Source of the DNA: Corallochytrium limacisporum Hawaii
Lineage: Eukaryota; Protista; Pluriformea
Assembly: GCA_002811645.1 (NCBI GenBank)
Contig: PDIP01000083.1
Location: 73,732 to 137,731 of the forward strand
DNA: 64,000 bases
Direction: 5' to 3'
Part shown: positions 22,801 to 32,815 of the stretch, piece by piece
How the letters are laid out: every line of letters starts with the position of its first letter
Position numbering within the stretch: position 1 is the stretch's first letter
Notes under the pieces: model-generated
Seen by the model: only the letters and a program-made list of their open reading frames with translations
Database searches by the model: none
Told to the model about the DNA's origin: nothing
Position numbers and translations under genes: made by a program

Positions 22801-25800
22801 TGTCTCGGGTACAGCTTTGCCATTTTCAATGAGCTGATCAGGAATACCGAAACGTTCAGCATCTTCCAGCTCCTCAAGCGCAGTGCTTAACATTTCCGCC
22901 AACCAGGATCCAGTCACAACCTCACTCACCATTGCCGTTTCCCAGGTGCTTCCCTCGACTAAGAGGCCCAAGCCAACATCGTCGCCCATGCAAGATCGCA
23001 CAGCTTCCATCAACGCATTGGGCTCATTCTGTTTTTGGATTTGACGAGTGTCCAACCACCCAAATACATCACCCATGGACAAGCTGCTCAAATCAAGCAT
23101 TGCGTGATCCCCCGCCTTCTGTAGCTTGCGCTGTTTCCAGACCTTCACCGCACAGTCGCGTAAGTGCTCGCTGAAGAATGAAAACTTCAGAGCCAATGGC
23201 GATGTCAGAGGGTTATGTAGGCTGATGAGTTTCTCAACCGGCACACTTCCACTTGGTTCCATTATGGCACTACCATTGTGGTTAGAATCTATGTCCAAGC
23301 TGATCCTGGGTGCTGAGAAGCGTTTGAGTCCGCGATGGCTGCCTACCACTGTCGACAACAGGGATGGCACATGCCCCTCAAGCTCAAAGTGCTTGAAAGT
23401 GTGACGTGACATCTGATCGCTTGTCTTGACACTGGCGGCGATGTAAGTTGTGATGACCTCAGTCGCAGGCCCCCTTGGTTTGCCCTCCAGGCCCTTGAAA
23501 TTCTCGATGTTGTGTGCCGCCGTAACCAGGTTCTGTGCGTTCTGGGAGCCGAAAAATTTCCACTCGGGCATTTTCCACACGGAATCCTTAAAGGGGTTGG
23601 TTAGGCCAATGGCTTGCCGCATGGCTGCATGGTACTCATCGGTCGAGGTCCAAGTGGTCACACCAATGGGGAATGAGAAAGCGTCTCCAGGAGTCAAGGA
23701 ACCAAAGTCATTGCCGACAACTGGGTGCATGACGGTTACCATGCCGTGCAGATCGTCAATATGAGCTTGCGGGGTTAGTGGGTAGTCTCCAGGTGAACAG
23801 TGATCATCCGAGCACACCATTGATTCGTTTGTCTTCTGGGGGTTTAAGTATTGCACTTCCACATCAGCCATCGGCAACGACGGCAACGGGATAGTATTCG
23901 GACGCGGAAGCAGAGACAACAAAAACGACTCCGGAGCCACACTGTACGTGATGACTGTGCTCAGAACATTGGGGGAAGAGTGCATGATAATATCCCCCTG
24001 TCCCTGTTCCGCGAGGCTCTCCTTGTACACCTCAGGATGGTCACCTGCAAACATGCGAGCCATATAGACATGGAATTTACGCAAGCGACCGTCCGGAGTC
24101 AGTGACCTCGTTACGACCTGCACACGCACCCGTGTGCCAACACCCTCAATAATCATACCGTTCTCGGGATTCCATGTGTCCGGAACTACAGAAAGAAGGT
24201 TTCCACTGACTTGCCACGTGTGCACCTTGACCACAGAAACGTCTTGAAAGTCCTTGCTTACGTCTATGGCGAGCTGCTCAGAGCTGACGCTTCGTTCTGC
24301 TTCCTCGACTTCTCGAGGAGGGTCAATGATCAACCTGAGACAGTATGGGACAGCGTCCCGGGCAGCCACGTCGAGCAGTGCCATGCCTTCTGTACGCGGT
24401 CCAATAACACCCAGGTTGAAGCCCTGAGCAGAATGGAATTGCGATGCAACCGGGCGATAACGTAAACTGGCCATCCCGCCCTCCCGTAATGTGTTGTTTG
24501 GAGGCACAAAGATCTTCAGGAGACCGACCGACGTTATGACATACAAGAACGAGTCTGTGGCGGTCCGGTACTTGTCCATGAAGTCAACCCCCATGAAAAA
24601 TTGCAGATCCACAGACTCAGAACCCAGAGTTAGTGACTCCTCGAACCACTGGCACTTATTGTGCACCTCAGTGTCGTTCGCAGAAGGAGCGACCCCACAG
24701 CCGCCAAAGACTGTACCCGCTTCAGCCACCTCTCCTGTCTGGAGCACAAGACGCACACTGTCCTCAGTCGCTTGAAAATTCTTATAGGAGACATGGCGCC
24801 CTTGCAGGCGTCCCATAAGCGGAAGTGCCAGTAAGGAACCATCATCAAAGAGAAGGCGCACTTCACAGGTAAGTGTGTGGGGGAGATACGTCAACAGGTA
24901 TCGATCTGTTACCGCTTCACCGTATTTTGTAACCAGATGCTGTCTGTGTTCAACAGGATCGTAGTTGATGTATACATTGGCCACAGAATCGGCATTGGTC
25001 TGTGGCACTCGTACAGCACCCCCAACGACTTCCACAGTGTGTGATTCTTCGCATAGGTACCTCAGACTCTCACGCTCTATGTCAGTATCTGACGGGACCC
25101 GCAAGTGCCGTGTAGCCCAAGCCTTCACTGCAGTACCAACCAGTAGTCGCTCATAAGGTGACGTGTTCGTGACACTAGTGCCCATAATGTGGAAATATTC
25201 ACGTCCCCTACCAACGACACCGAAGTTCAACGTCGATGTGTATCCTACGCCGACCCTCCCCACCATCCCGTGATTTCCTGGACGATCGCCCCGGTGGTCG
25301 ACCTCAATGTCAATCAAGAAGGTTCTCAGACTCCGATCCAAAGTAATCATTAAATAGCCCTGCTCGCAAATGTGTTTCACTTCTTCCGGGTCCCAAATCG
25401 CGTACCCCAGCTCCAGTACGCTATGCACATCGTTTCCGGCGAAGAACCATGGCCGCATCGTTGCCCCCCGAGAGTGTTCCAGGGAATCAGCTTGCATGGA
25501 GGGTTCCACCGGTGGACGCACGGAGATTCCCGTACACCCGCTAACTGTCCACGCCACCCTGTCCGGTTCAGTCGCACGCATCAGCAACGACGCAGTCTCG
25601 ACTACAGAGACCGAGAATTGCTGCTGTGCCCTGAGGGGCATGCCCCTGAAAAACAAGGGCGAGCGTTGGTCTCGGTCGTGGCCAGGGGGGTTTACTATGG
25701 ATTGCTCTTGCGCGAGGGTCTTTACCTTGCCCGAAACGTCAAAACCGAACAGTTTACCTGACCGCATACGAATGACGACCACCGCATTGCGATTCTCTAC

Positions 25801-26556
25801 ATCTTCTTCAGTAGCATCTTGCAATTCATGTACACTGAGGTGTTGTGTGGCTTTCTGCTGTGCCAACGGCCGTGGACGGAACGAGATGGTCAGGGCCACG
25901 TACTCGTGGCTTCTAAGCATCGGTAAAGGCTTTGCCAGGTCCCAGTTGGCAATGAAGAAATCTTTGGAACTAATTCCAATAGCATCTACCGTATCGTCGT
26001 GCTCGCTCAGGTTTTCAAGCCGGAGGTCGATGGAAAAGATTTGCCAGTACTCCGCAGGGCGATCGTACTGCACCACTGGCCTTCTTTCACCGTTCAATCT
26101 AAATGTGTTCACCAAGTTCGGATCTCCGAGCTGCTCCTGTGTTTGTCTTACTAATTCATCCGTTACTGTGAGGTACTGTGGGTTTGAGTCCACTGTCGGG
26201 TGCATCCAGGTTGACAGGGCGTCACCCTGGAACACAGCATTGGACAGGGCACTTTCGCCCGTGGGAGACGTGATTTCGGCGCCGAGGTATGCCACCCCTT
26301 TGCAATTCATGGTCCCCTCAAGAGCGCAATTCTTCCGAAGTTCCTTGTAATGTTCTTCCTGTGGCCACCAGCCGTCTGCTGGTTCATGGCGAGGGACTAG
26401 ATTGTCACGACTAGTAACCCAAGCCTGCTTGCCATCATCTCCTCGCGTGGGAATGAAGCGCTGTGCCATGGCGGTGGATGTGCAGCAAAAGAGCACAATG
26501 AGGACCACCGCCATCAGCAACGGAAGGCCGGTTCGTTGCTTACCAACGACCTTCAT
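19819..26556 (-). CDS. TMEM131: TMEM131-like type I membrane protein (signal peptide, Ig/PapD-like domains, one TM, long disordered tail)
   Basis: 2245-aa intronless ORF; LHNPLTSPL, LLIHNGLNGIDLV and C..GFTLFPC...VAPGEILQIYISF resemble recalled TMEM131 blocks (IRNNLT; CEGYGFKVVNC); TM near residue 1510; S/K/Q-rich tail. Confidence 0.72.
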   Translation of the reverse strand: MKVVGKQRTGLPLLMAVVLIVLFCCTSTAMAQRFIPTRGDDGKQAWVTSRDNLVPRHEPADGWWPQEEHYKELRKNCALEGTMNCKGVAYLGAEITSPTGESALSNAVFQGDALSTWMHPTVDSNPQYLTVTDELVRQTQEQLGDPNLVNTFRLNGERRPVVQYDRPAEYWQIFSIDLRLENLSEHDDTVDAIGISSKDFFIANWDLAKPLPMLRSHEYVALTISFRPRPLAQQKATQHLSVHELQDATEEDVENRNAVVVIRMRSGKLFGFDVSGKVKTLAQEQSIVNPPGHDRDQRSPLFFRGMPLRAQQQFSVSVVETASLLMRATEPDRVAWTVSGCTGISVRPPVEPSMQADSLEHSRGATMRPWFFAGNDVHSVLELGYAIWDPEEVKHICEQGYLMITLDRSLRTFLIDIEVDHRGDRPGNHGMVGRVGVGYTSTLNFGVVGRGREYFHIMGTSVTNTSPYERLLVGTAVKAWATRHLRVPSDTDIERESLRYLCEESHTVEVVGGAVRVPQTNADSVANVYINYDPVEHRQHLVTKYGEAVTDRYLLTYLPHTLTCEVRLLFDDGSLLALPLMGRLQGRHVSYKNFQATEDSVRLVLQTGEVAEAGTVFGGCGVAPSANDTEVHNKCQWFEESLTLGSESVDLQFFMGVDFMDKYRTATDSFLYVITSVGLLKIFVPPNNTLREGGMASLRYRPVASQFHSAQGFNLGVIGPRTEGMALLDVAARDAVPYCLRLIIDPPREVEEAERSVSSEQLAIDVSKDFQDVSVVKVHTWQVSGNLLSVVPDTWNPENGMIIEGVGTRVRVQVVTRSLTPDGRLRKFHVYMARMFAGDHPEVYKESLAEQGQGDIIMHSSPNVLSTVITYSVAPESFLLSLLPRPNTIPLPSLPMADVEVQYLNPQKTNESMVCSDDHCSPGDYPLTPQAHIDDLHGMVTVMHPVVGNDFGSLTPGDAFSFPIGVTTWTSTDEYHAAMRQAIGLTNPFKDSVWKMPEWKFFGSQNAQNLVTAAHNIENFKGLEGKPRGPATEVITTYIAASVKTSDQMSRHTFKHFELEGHVPSLLSTVVGSHRGLKRFSAPRISLDIDSNHNGSAIMEPSGSVPVEKLISLHNPLTSPLALKFSFFSEHLRDCAVKVWKQRKLQKAGDHAMLDLSSLSMGDVFGWLDTRQIQKQNEPNALMEAVRSCMGDDVGLGLLVEGSTWETAMVSEVVTGSWLAEMLSTALEELEDAERFGIPDQLIENGKAVPETVCPHGTIPNVGKSRFFCISADHLRTQLGDRVNDTLAPLQLGSGMDLTLKILPAPNLPPSTKYHDVLLIHNGLNGIDLVDVFYEAISKPMPLVVEELRTGYDPALPALHLAVDSPSKEELPTIQGLQFPQTSCLHKSVNLPFRNTDSEQVVVTTLSLADGKCGKEGSAGFTLFPCVTGTHRTVAPGEILQIYISFDATHVNSLLWNDSLTLKLTSGHEVAMPISAHIAETAAQHCDHEAAEGLERSLQKTLFLVHLCVVLLVGGFSVLPFMPHDTLQKFRNVLLQQKKPQAAVVRPESLGLEMSKMKEAVDIVEPTVQDQVNENGAKLDEVIQERESDEEHEDIEAEAAEGKECVPTLELSDSPNSSPTSESVQESIESGDSVSASPPQSPSSENSETADSVPSAVEATTATSPISTAHSVSKRNRKKTKPESPKSTATIATSKTVVSDSNKFAKEEKKQQQPRQPKAAAEIKKVSGQVNGVSTVRHRDSETRKGQQTSKQQQQQVQRDHKGSVAKTAPPRDGVRGNKSVTKDRSRKDRDFTAASKPPNRKHASSVATEVTSPVTSAMPAPAPTKSAWVKPLSASSVKPRSAVPSPGATAATHPPETLKGTSKPIASSSRAKGGKGDVKGQTMKSWQSGRPSAGKTRPQPPVGSQGESKNSDVDKQHRQQRGNRTRVHSTAPDARHDAAPPSSSVSPLDTLPSLSLQKAQPLQQRHHLWGSNALQDSYSDSLFGDVNGTGLFPQQQQSSHQHDTLGYQRSSAAPGAERKQLTQQQHTPAPNYSVGNYSDQLHHPPSQFRSHTGVPTHGYGRPHQQQHQRQHQHQQQSYDPYAYLDSGHGRGGGYGDYDAYAGGQRGYRSGYNHQRPAVPPQPAYDAGYGGSQSLFSGSLFNASSREESATSSAASVPSTWQPLFDVASESSGGLTGAPVHSHASSEQRAATSSSEQLASFGAGPRGTAPSAVERPRSPRMDTAGYFTNFSGTSTRFSDSSNKSD

Positions 26557-28359
26557 GTTGCTGCTGTGCTCTATACTGTTCTACTAACTATGATTGTACT
26601 CTTACTTTTATCTCCCATGTTAGCAGATTCGTTTGCGAAAGAAAGTATCCCTATACTCTCCCGAAATATTCAGTTGGTTTGTCAAATGACAACAGCGGAC
26701 AGACCACCAGGTTGATCTCTCGACCAAGGCCCCTGGGTTTGTCAATGTCTCCTTGAAGTTGGACTAATGAATAGTATCAAGGCGTGCATCACCTGTGTCG
26801 ACAGTCTCACAACCCCGAAATAGCCAGTCCATGCCCGCTCAGAATAGATCACCACCCGAATCTCACCAGAGCCTGAAACCAATCCCTGTTCTTTCAGCGC
26901 CCGCCAATGTGTCATCACGTCGCCACCAATCATTTTCCCAACCAATACAATGCGGAAGGACACACGCTCGCTGGCTCGGCTCTGTTCCAACTCACCGGAG
27001 AGACCCACACTCGCGGTCCTAATGCGAGCACGCACAGCGCACACCACGCATAGCCCGCCACCCCCGGGGGCTTTCTCCCCCCCCCTTCTTTCCTCCCTGC
27101 CCAGGGAGGGGTGGGGGCCGTGTGGTGGTCCGCCTCCTGCGGTGTGCGGGTGGAGTTGCAAAGATTTCAGGAACAAAAAAACAGCGGTACCGCTCCGACA
27201 TAAGGTCCATCGACGACATGTGCTCTATCTGTGTCTCCGACTTGATATCATAGTCGTACCGTTCGTTCGTGATATCGGGTGTGAATATGTGCATGGCGAA
27301 GAAAGGCTGCAAACACTGGCAGCCACACACAGACCAGCGACACGGACTGCAAAATGCCAGCCATCTTGCCCCCTCCTCCGCAGGTTGTGTTCCTCAGATT
27401 CCGTGAAAGAATGGGCCGTCAGAACAAACACAGTGCAGAAATTGCGGTTACCACCCTACACATTACAGTATTCGCCCCCAAAATTCAAACACACGCAAGC
27501 CAGAATGTTCAAAACGATCATTGGGGCATGGTACGTCACAAAGTGACCAGCTTGTTTATGTCTCTGGCACTTTGTTCTCTCGCGAACGATTCTTCGGACC
27601 AGCCCCGTTGAGGAAGAGGAGAACAAAAGACTCGGCATCCATGACTATGACCATCGATATGCCTCGTGATGGTTCCATCCCTGGGCACGGGCGCGCTTTT
27701 GAACCATGGCGGATGTAGTTTGGGTATCCGGGCCAGCTGTGTTCGTTCAGCGAATTTTGAAATGAATGATTTGGAGCTTCCTTCCCCGGTCCTCCATATC
27801 TGCTCTTCCATTCCCTGCGGCCCCGTCGGCGAGGAAAAAAGTGCAGTTTTTTCGCCAAGTTTTCAATTTCCTGTTTTTTTCTTGCTATTCTCTGTGCTTG
27901 AATTCCGTAGTACTTCTCTTTGTCGCCAGGGGCGCGTGGAGCTTGGCATTTCTCCCCTCTCCCAAACACAGAGAGTTTGCATAAGGAAAAGGCATTCTAT
28001 CTATGGGTGTGTGCTCTGGCTGTTCTTGATGAGGATCTCGGGAATGTGGATCTGGTAGTCTTACCAGCCAGCGCGGTCGGGTCGATGTACACATCTTATC
28101 ACATGTGACCGACCACTGCGGAGACACTTGTTTTGAGCACTCAGGCAGGGTAAGGTTGGTAGGGTGGCGGGCGAGTCCAGCCAGTGGAAGAAACAGGGGA
28201 CGTTGCAGGTTATGTAGAATTCCTTCACGTTCTTGGAATTTTCCTCACTGGAAAAGCTCCGCCTTTATATATAGAACGTACCGTAGAAAACATCAGCGCG
28301 CCGTCGCCGTGTCTCCTGTTCCTTTCTTTTTCGTCTTGGCTGTTTGGCGTGCGGCAGCC

Positions 28360-28830
28360 GCGCCTTCATCCTGAACTATTTTGTGGATGTTGACGCAACC
28401 ATACTCTTTGATAGTCGCAACGCTATCGTTCGGGTGCAGAAAGTTTCAACAAAACTGGTTCCGCGAGATCGAAATCGTGGACCTGAGGACTGGACAGCGA
28501 CGAAGAAATAACTGTAGGGATGCTGAACGCACTGCACCGCGCACTCAGTTGGGTCGAACGTCGCCAGATTGTTACAATTCAGTGTATGTGCTACGGCATC
28601 AACATCCTGAAAGCGTGAACGCTTCGGACTCTCTATGCGGGAGAGTTTCTCACACCAGCTTATTTATTGAAGGTATAGACTTGATAAGCATAATCGTGGA
28701 GTGTGTGTGGGGGGAGGGGCTCAATCCAGAAATGGAGCGTATCGGAGGGACCTTAAGGATGATGAAGAGTACGTTTAGAATCCTGTGTACACACAACTGA
28801 CCATCGCTAAAGACCATCCGGATGGCACCC
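28360..28830 (+). pseudogene. Possible eroded LRR-type coding relic
   Basis: Protein-like words spread over different frames with stops: FREIEIVDL, EEITVGMLNALHRALSW, LRTLYA (28622), PSLKTIRM (28801). Confidence 0.25.
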
Positions 28831-29408
28831 AATCCAGTAGACCACCCGTGGCCCAGACACTGGTGCATCCACCAGTCACATGAGGTTTGCGTGTTTGTCT
28901 GCATGTCCATCCCTTGTTTCTCGCACCCTCCGCGTGTGAAGGGACACACAGTGCAGCATAAACCGAGGACCATGCACCTTTCGTTCAGAATGCAATGTGA
29001 GTGTGCGCGGTGGGATGCGCAGTGCGGTGCGCCTGCACACTTACCCCACATGGCAAGCAGCTTCCTTGGTGTTTGTGCGCTTGTGATTCGGGAAGACCTT
29101 AGGATTTCGGAGCCACTACATGGCTTGGTTCGTTTTTTGACGCGAATTCCCATCATCGTTCGCGATTCCCCCCGGAAACTACTGGCAATTAGCAGCAGGA
29201 GGAAGGCGATCTCGCACCACTTCAACTACTATGTCGTTAATGAGAATGTGCGTGTGCCTTTGCATATTATTTGTTCCTGGCTTCCTACGCAACGTAATAG
29301 TGCCGCTGCGGGCTTGTAATTAGTGCATTCATGGTGGCGAGTTCGTCCAATGCGTGGCAATAAATAGTAACAGTGCTGAACATACCAGAGAAAGACGTAC
29401 GCAAATGT

Positions 29409-29433
29409 TGGTGGTGGTGGTGGTGGTGGTGGT
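29409..29433. repeat. (TGG)8 microsatellite
   Basis: Direct read of the tandem trinucleotide. Confidence 0.85.
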
Positions 29434-29640
29434 ATCATTTGCCGGAGCCTTATTTCCGAATCGGTATGATTGATTTGCATGTCCGCGAAAAGAAAGTAGA
29501 GGCATGGCACGTATCAATGCAAGAGAGAGGAAGGTGGACATATGATGTCGTGCTATGGTTGCGAATGAATAGTGTCTTTAACCATCTTTAAAGTAAATGT
29601 GAATGATATGTATGGATGTTTGTGGCAATGCAGTGTGCGT

Positions 29641-31647
29641 TTAGCTGCCCCATTCGGTGCCTTCGCCCTCAATCTTCTTGAACTCGTAGCTGCCGCGGCC
29701 GTCAAAGTGCAGCACGTACTCGTGGAACTTCCACAGAGACTTGCGGTGAGACACCGTAAACAGCGTGATTCCCAGCTCCCGGCTGTGAGTGTACATGTAT
29801 CCCTCAACATCCACAGACACCGCAGAGGTGCACTCGTCCAGAATCGCAAACTGAGGCTTGTGGTAAAACAGTCGCGCCATAGCCACACGCTGCTTCTCAC
29901 CGCCACTCAGCACATCAGCCCAGTCTTGCACGGCATCCCAGCCGCCCTCCCGGTCTACCAGGTGCGAAAGGTGTACCTCATCCAGGAACTTGAACAAACC
30001 CTGGTCAGACAAGCCTCGGCGCTTCATGTCTTCGGCAGAGTCCGGGTAGATTACCTGGTCACGGAGAGTACCAATAGTCAGGTATGGCTTCTGGGGAACG
30101 TAGAACAGCTTAGCCGCAGCAGGCTTGGTCATTGTGCCGCCAAACAACGGCCACAGGCCACCGAGGATACGGAACAGAGAGGATTTGCCGCACCCATTGG
30201 GACCGGACACGAGGACGTTTTCGCCGGACTTGATGGTTATGTTCAGCTCCTTGACCAGCACATCACCATTGGGAGTCACCACAGGCACACGATCGAACTT
30301 GATCAGGTGGTCCTTGTGGATAATCTTACCATTTCCGGGAGCCAAGGGCACACCATCGACTTCCTTACCCTCCAGACTCAGCATGGTGCGAGAGTAGTGT
30401 CCCTTCTCCAAATCCTCGAGCACATCCATAATGTCAATCACACGGGCAGTGAAACCAGCCAGGCGGGTCATTTCGCGACCAGCCAGAACCACACGACCGA
30501 TGGCACCGGCCATGCGAACCAGCATGCGTCCGGACCGGTTGTAGGCTTCGCTGATCTCGACTGTGGGTACGTTCTCCCAGTACGGGTCGTTCAGGAACGG
30601 ACGGGACACGGCGAAGAACCCGACCACAGTAGCAAAGTACTTGGCCACGACGTTATCAATCACACCGATGCTAAAGCGGAAGCGCATGGAGTCACGCAGG
30701 TGGTTCTGCAGACGGTTGTAAGCCTCAAACACAGTCACCTTCTCTCGATCACCACCGTTGTAGAAGGCAATTTCCTCGCCATGGGTAATGATGCGAGCGT
30801 TGACAAAACGGTATTCACCCTCCAGACGTTGTTCTCCGACCGTGAACTTTCCGACAGGTTTGCGCAGACGTGTCAGCAGCACGCCGCTCAGACCCAAATA
30901 GCCGGTCATGATAGCCGGGCCACCGGCACCGATGAGCTCGGTCAAACGACGAGCGTAAATGATAATATCGAGAATGGGCTTGCTGAGGTTGGAGTACAAA
31001 TCAACAACGGACTGGCAGAACCTATCAACATCCTGGGTCAGCAGCTGGTCGGCATTAGAGATACGAGTATCCAGAAAAGCAACCTTGTAGTAGGTGAAGC
31101 CCTTCAGATACTCCTGCAACAGATGGTTGGTCAGACGGGTGCGGAATCGCAGGGCCATTTCGTTCAAGGAGTACTTCAGGAACGAGTTGACGAAACCCAT
31201 CGGTACCATACCGGCAAAGAATTGCAGAAGGCCGTTGCGGAAGCCAGTGACGTCGCGGTCGATGATACGGGCCTCAATCCGTGTGTTAATACTAATCATC
31301 CACAGATCACACAGAGTGCGCAGCACCATGAAGACGGAAGCCATACCAATGAAACCGGCCTCCGGGCTGAACAGACTGGGCACGCAGATCTTCAGCAGGC
31401 GTCCCAGGCGAGCGTAGAACTCGTTGCCGACTGCGACCTTTTCGTTGCGCTTTACAGCACCCTTCTTACTCATGCCGATCTGACGGTCTGCCTTGGCACC
31501 GACCTTCAGCACGTATGAGTAGGTACCTGCCAGAGCAACGGCACTGACCAGCAGGCCAAGGTTGCGGCGACGGTGTTGAGAGGAGAAGATGGCCTCAGCC
31601 AAACCACCGAGGACCCCGCCCATATCGACTTGCTTGGACAGAGACAT
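29641..31647 (-). CDS. ABCD3: Peroxisomal ABC half-transporter ABCD3/PMP70-like, paralogue A
   Basis: [15 protein letters not shown]-like EEIAFYNG, Walker [10 protein letters not shown], signature LSGGEKQR, Walker B ILDECTSAV, VSHR. Confidence 0.95.
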   Translation of the reverse strand: MSLSKQVDMGGVLGGLAEAIFSSQHRRRNLGLLVSAVALAGTYSYVLKVGAKADRQIGMSKKGAVKRNEKVAVGNEFYARLGRLLKICVPSLFSPEAGFIGMASVFMVLRTLCDLWMISINTRIEARIIDRDVTGFRNGLLQFFAGMVPMGFVNSFLKYSLNEMALRFRTRLTNHLLQEYLKGFTYYKVAFLDTRISNADQLLTQDVDRFCQSVVDLYSNLSKPILDIIIYARRLTELIGAGGPAIMTGYLGLSGVLLTRLRKPVGKFTVGEQRLEGEYRFVNARIITHGEEIAFYNGGDREKVTVFEAYNRLQNHLRDSMRFRFSIGVIDNVVAKYFATVVGFFAVSRPFLNDPYWENVPTVEISEAYNRSGRMLVRMAGAIGRVVLAGREMTRLAGFTARVIDIMDVLEDLEKGHYSRTMLSLEGKEVDGVPLAPGNGKIIHKDHLIKFDRVPVVTPNGDVLVKELNITIKSGENVLVSGPNGCGKSSLFRILGGLWPLFGGTMTKPAAAKLFYVPQKPYLTIGTLRDQVIYPDSAEDMKRRGLSDQGLFKFLDEVHLSHLVDREGGWDAVQDWADVLSGGEKQRVAMARLFYHKPQFAILDECTSAVSVDVEGYMYTHSRELGITLFTVSHRKSLWKFHEYVLHFDGRGSYEFKKIEGEGTEWGS

Positions 31648-32612
31648 GGTGCTTTCGAGCTTTCGGTTTTGCCTAGCCTAACTTACTAAATTGATGCCCT
31701 TGCTCTATACCCGTTTGTGTTCGCAGAGAGCCGATTTGAATCTAGAAGGACAGACCTGAACCCCGTTGAGAGAGAAATGAGAGAAAGTCTATCTATGCGT
31801 ACGGTTTGCTATCCAGAGCCAGAGAACACAGTCTTCAGCTCAATTGGTCTTAGAGACCCAGACTGTGCTGGAGTAAATTGGCTGAGTCACTCTCTGAAAT
31901 ACACTGCTCAGGACATGATCTACACAAGAGGCTGTGCAAGATCCACATTGAAAAGCCAAATGTTACAGGTACGACCGTCTTGTCGTTGGCCATACAAACC
32001 TCAATCTGAATAGTCTCGTGCACCACTTTGATGAGACATGGCAAAAAGGAACCAGCAAGGGCTGCCAAGGAAGCAAATACTGGTCGGAAATCCCGTGCTT
32101 TTTGGGCCCAACTCCCACTGCTGCGTGCTTTCTGCTGCGTCACACTGTCAGCCCTCAACTCCCCAGTCCTCCCCCTTTTCCTCTCCTTTTTAACGGACGG
32201 AGAGCCAGGCGGGCGGGCACGCCCGCGTCCCCGAGTGTGCAAGAAGCGCGCGGTGGTTTTGTTCCGGTGGGCCCGAAATCCGCGGTCCCTGGACTCACGA
32301 TACCGAATGAACTGGAGAAAGCCAGCCAGAGCGGTCGAGGATCCCAGGTTTCCCCTTCGAGCTCATATTGTCATATCACGAAACATCATATGGGGAATTA
32401 AGTATTGCACATCACACGGCATGGCTCACTTGACGTATCTGTGCGTCTATTCCATCCACCATGCGGGTTAACGATGAGGTGGTGCGGAGTCGGGTGGTTA
32501 CACTACCCGAGGAGGACACCATGACTAGCAGGAACTCTGTCGCTCTTCTCCCTTCGCTGCTTACACATTCCTGTGAACTGTAAGAATACCCCCCTCTGCT
32601 TTACCAACTGGC

Positions 32613-32815
32613 CCGAACCTCAAACTGCTCAACTCTCCACCACCAACCCGACCACCCACATACCCACCACCACCAAATATCGGACACCTGCCCGCGGGTA
32701 TGTACCAGTGATGCACAATACGTTCTATGAATGCTGATATGGGGTTGGTAAACTGTCCCAAGACCATGCCTTTGACCCAAATAGTTACTAAATGTCTGAG
32801 CGTTCTTGTATCGAG
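32613..32815 (+). pseudogene. Possible eroded Cys-containing LRR relic
   Basis: One frame reads PNLKLLN...PNIGHL...(stop)...LVNCPKTM...IVTKCLSVLV. Confidence 0.25.

Noticed and set aside
27730-27910. Minus-strand fragments (QEIENLAKKL / SKSFISKFAERTQL) resembling a pogo/CENP-B helix-turn-helix
   Set aside because: Different frames, the conserved Trp is missing, and no DDE motif or TIRs were seen
29572-31518. 648-aa ORF antisense to ABCD3-A
   Set aside because: It is in codon register with the sense gene, so it only reflects avoidance of TTA, CTA and TCA codons; GTG start and no recognisable motifs
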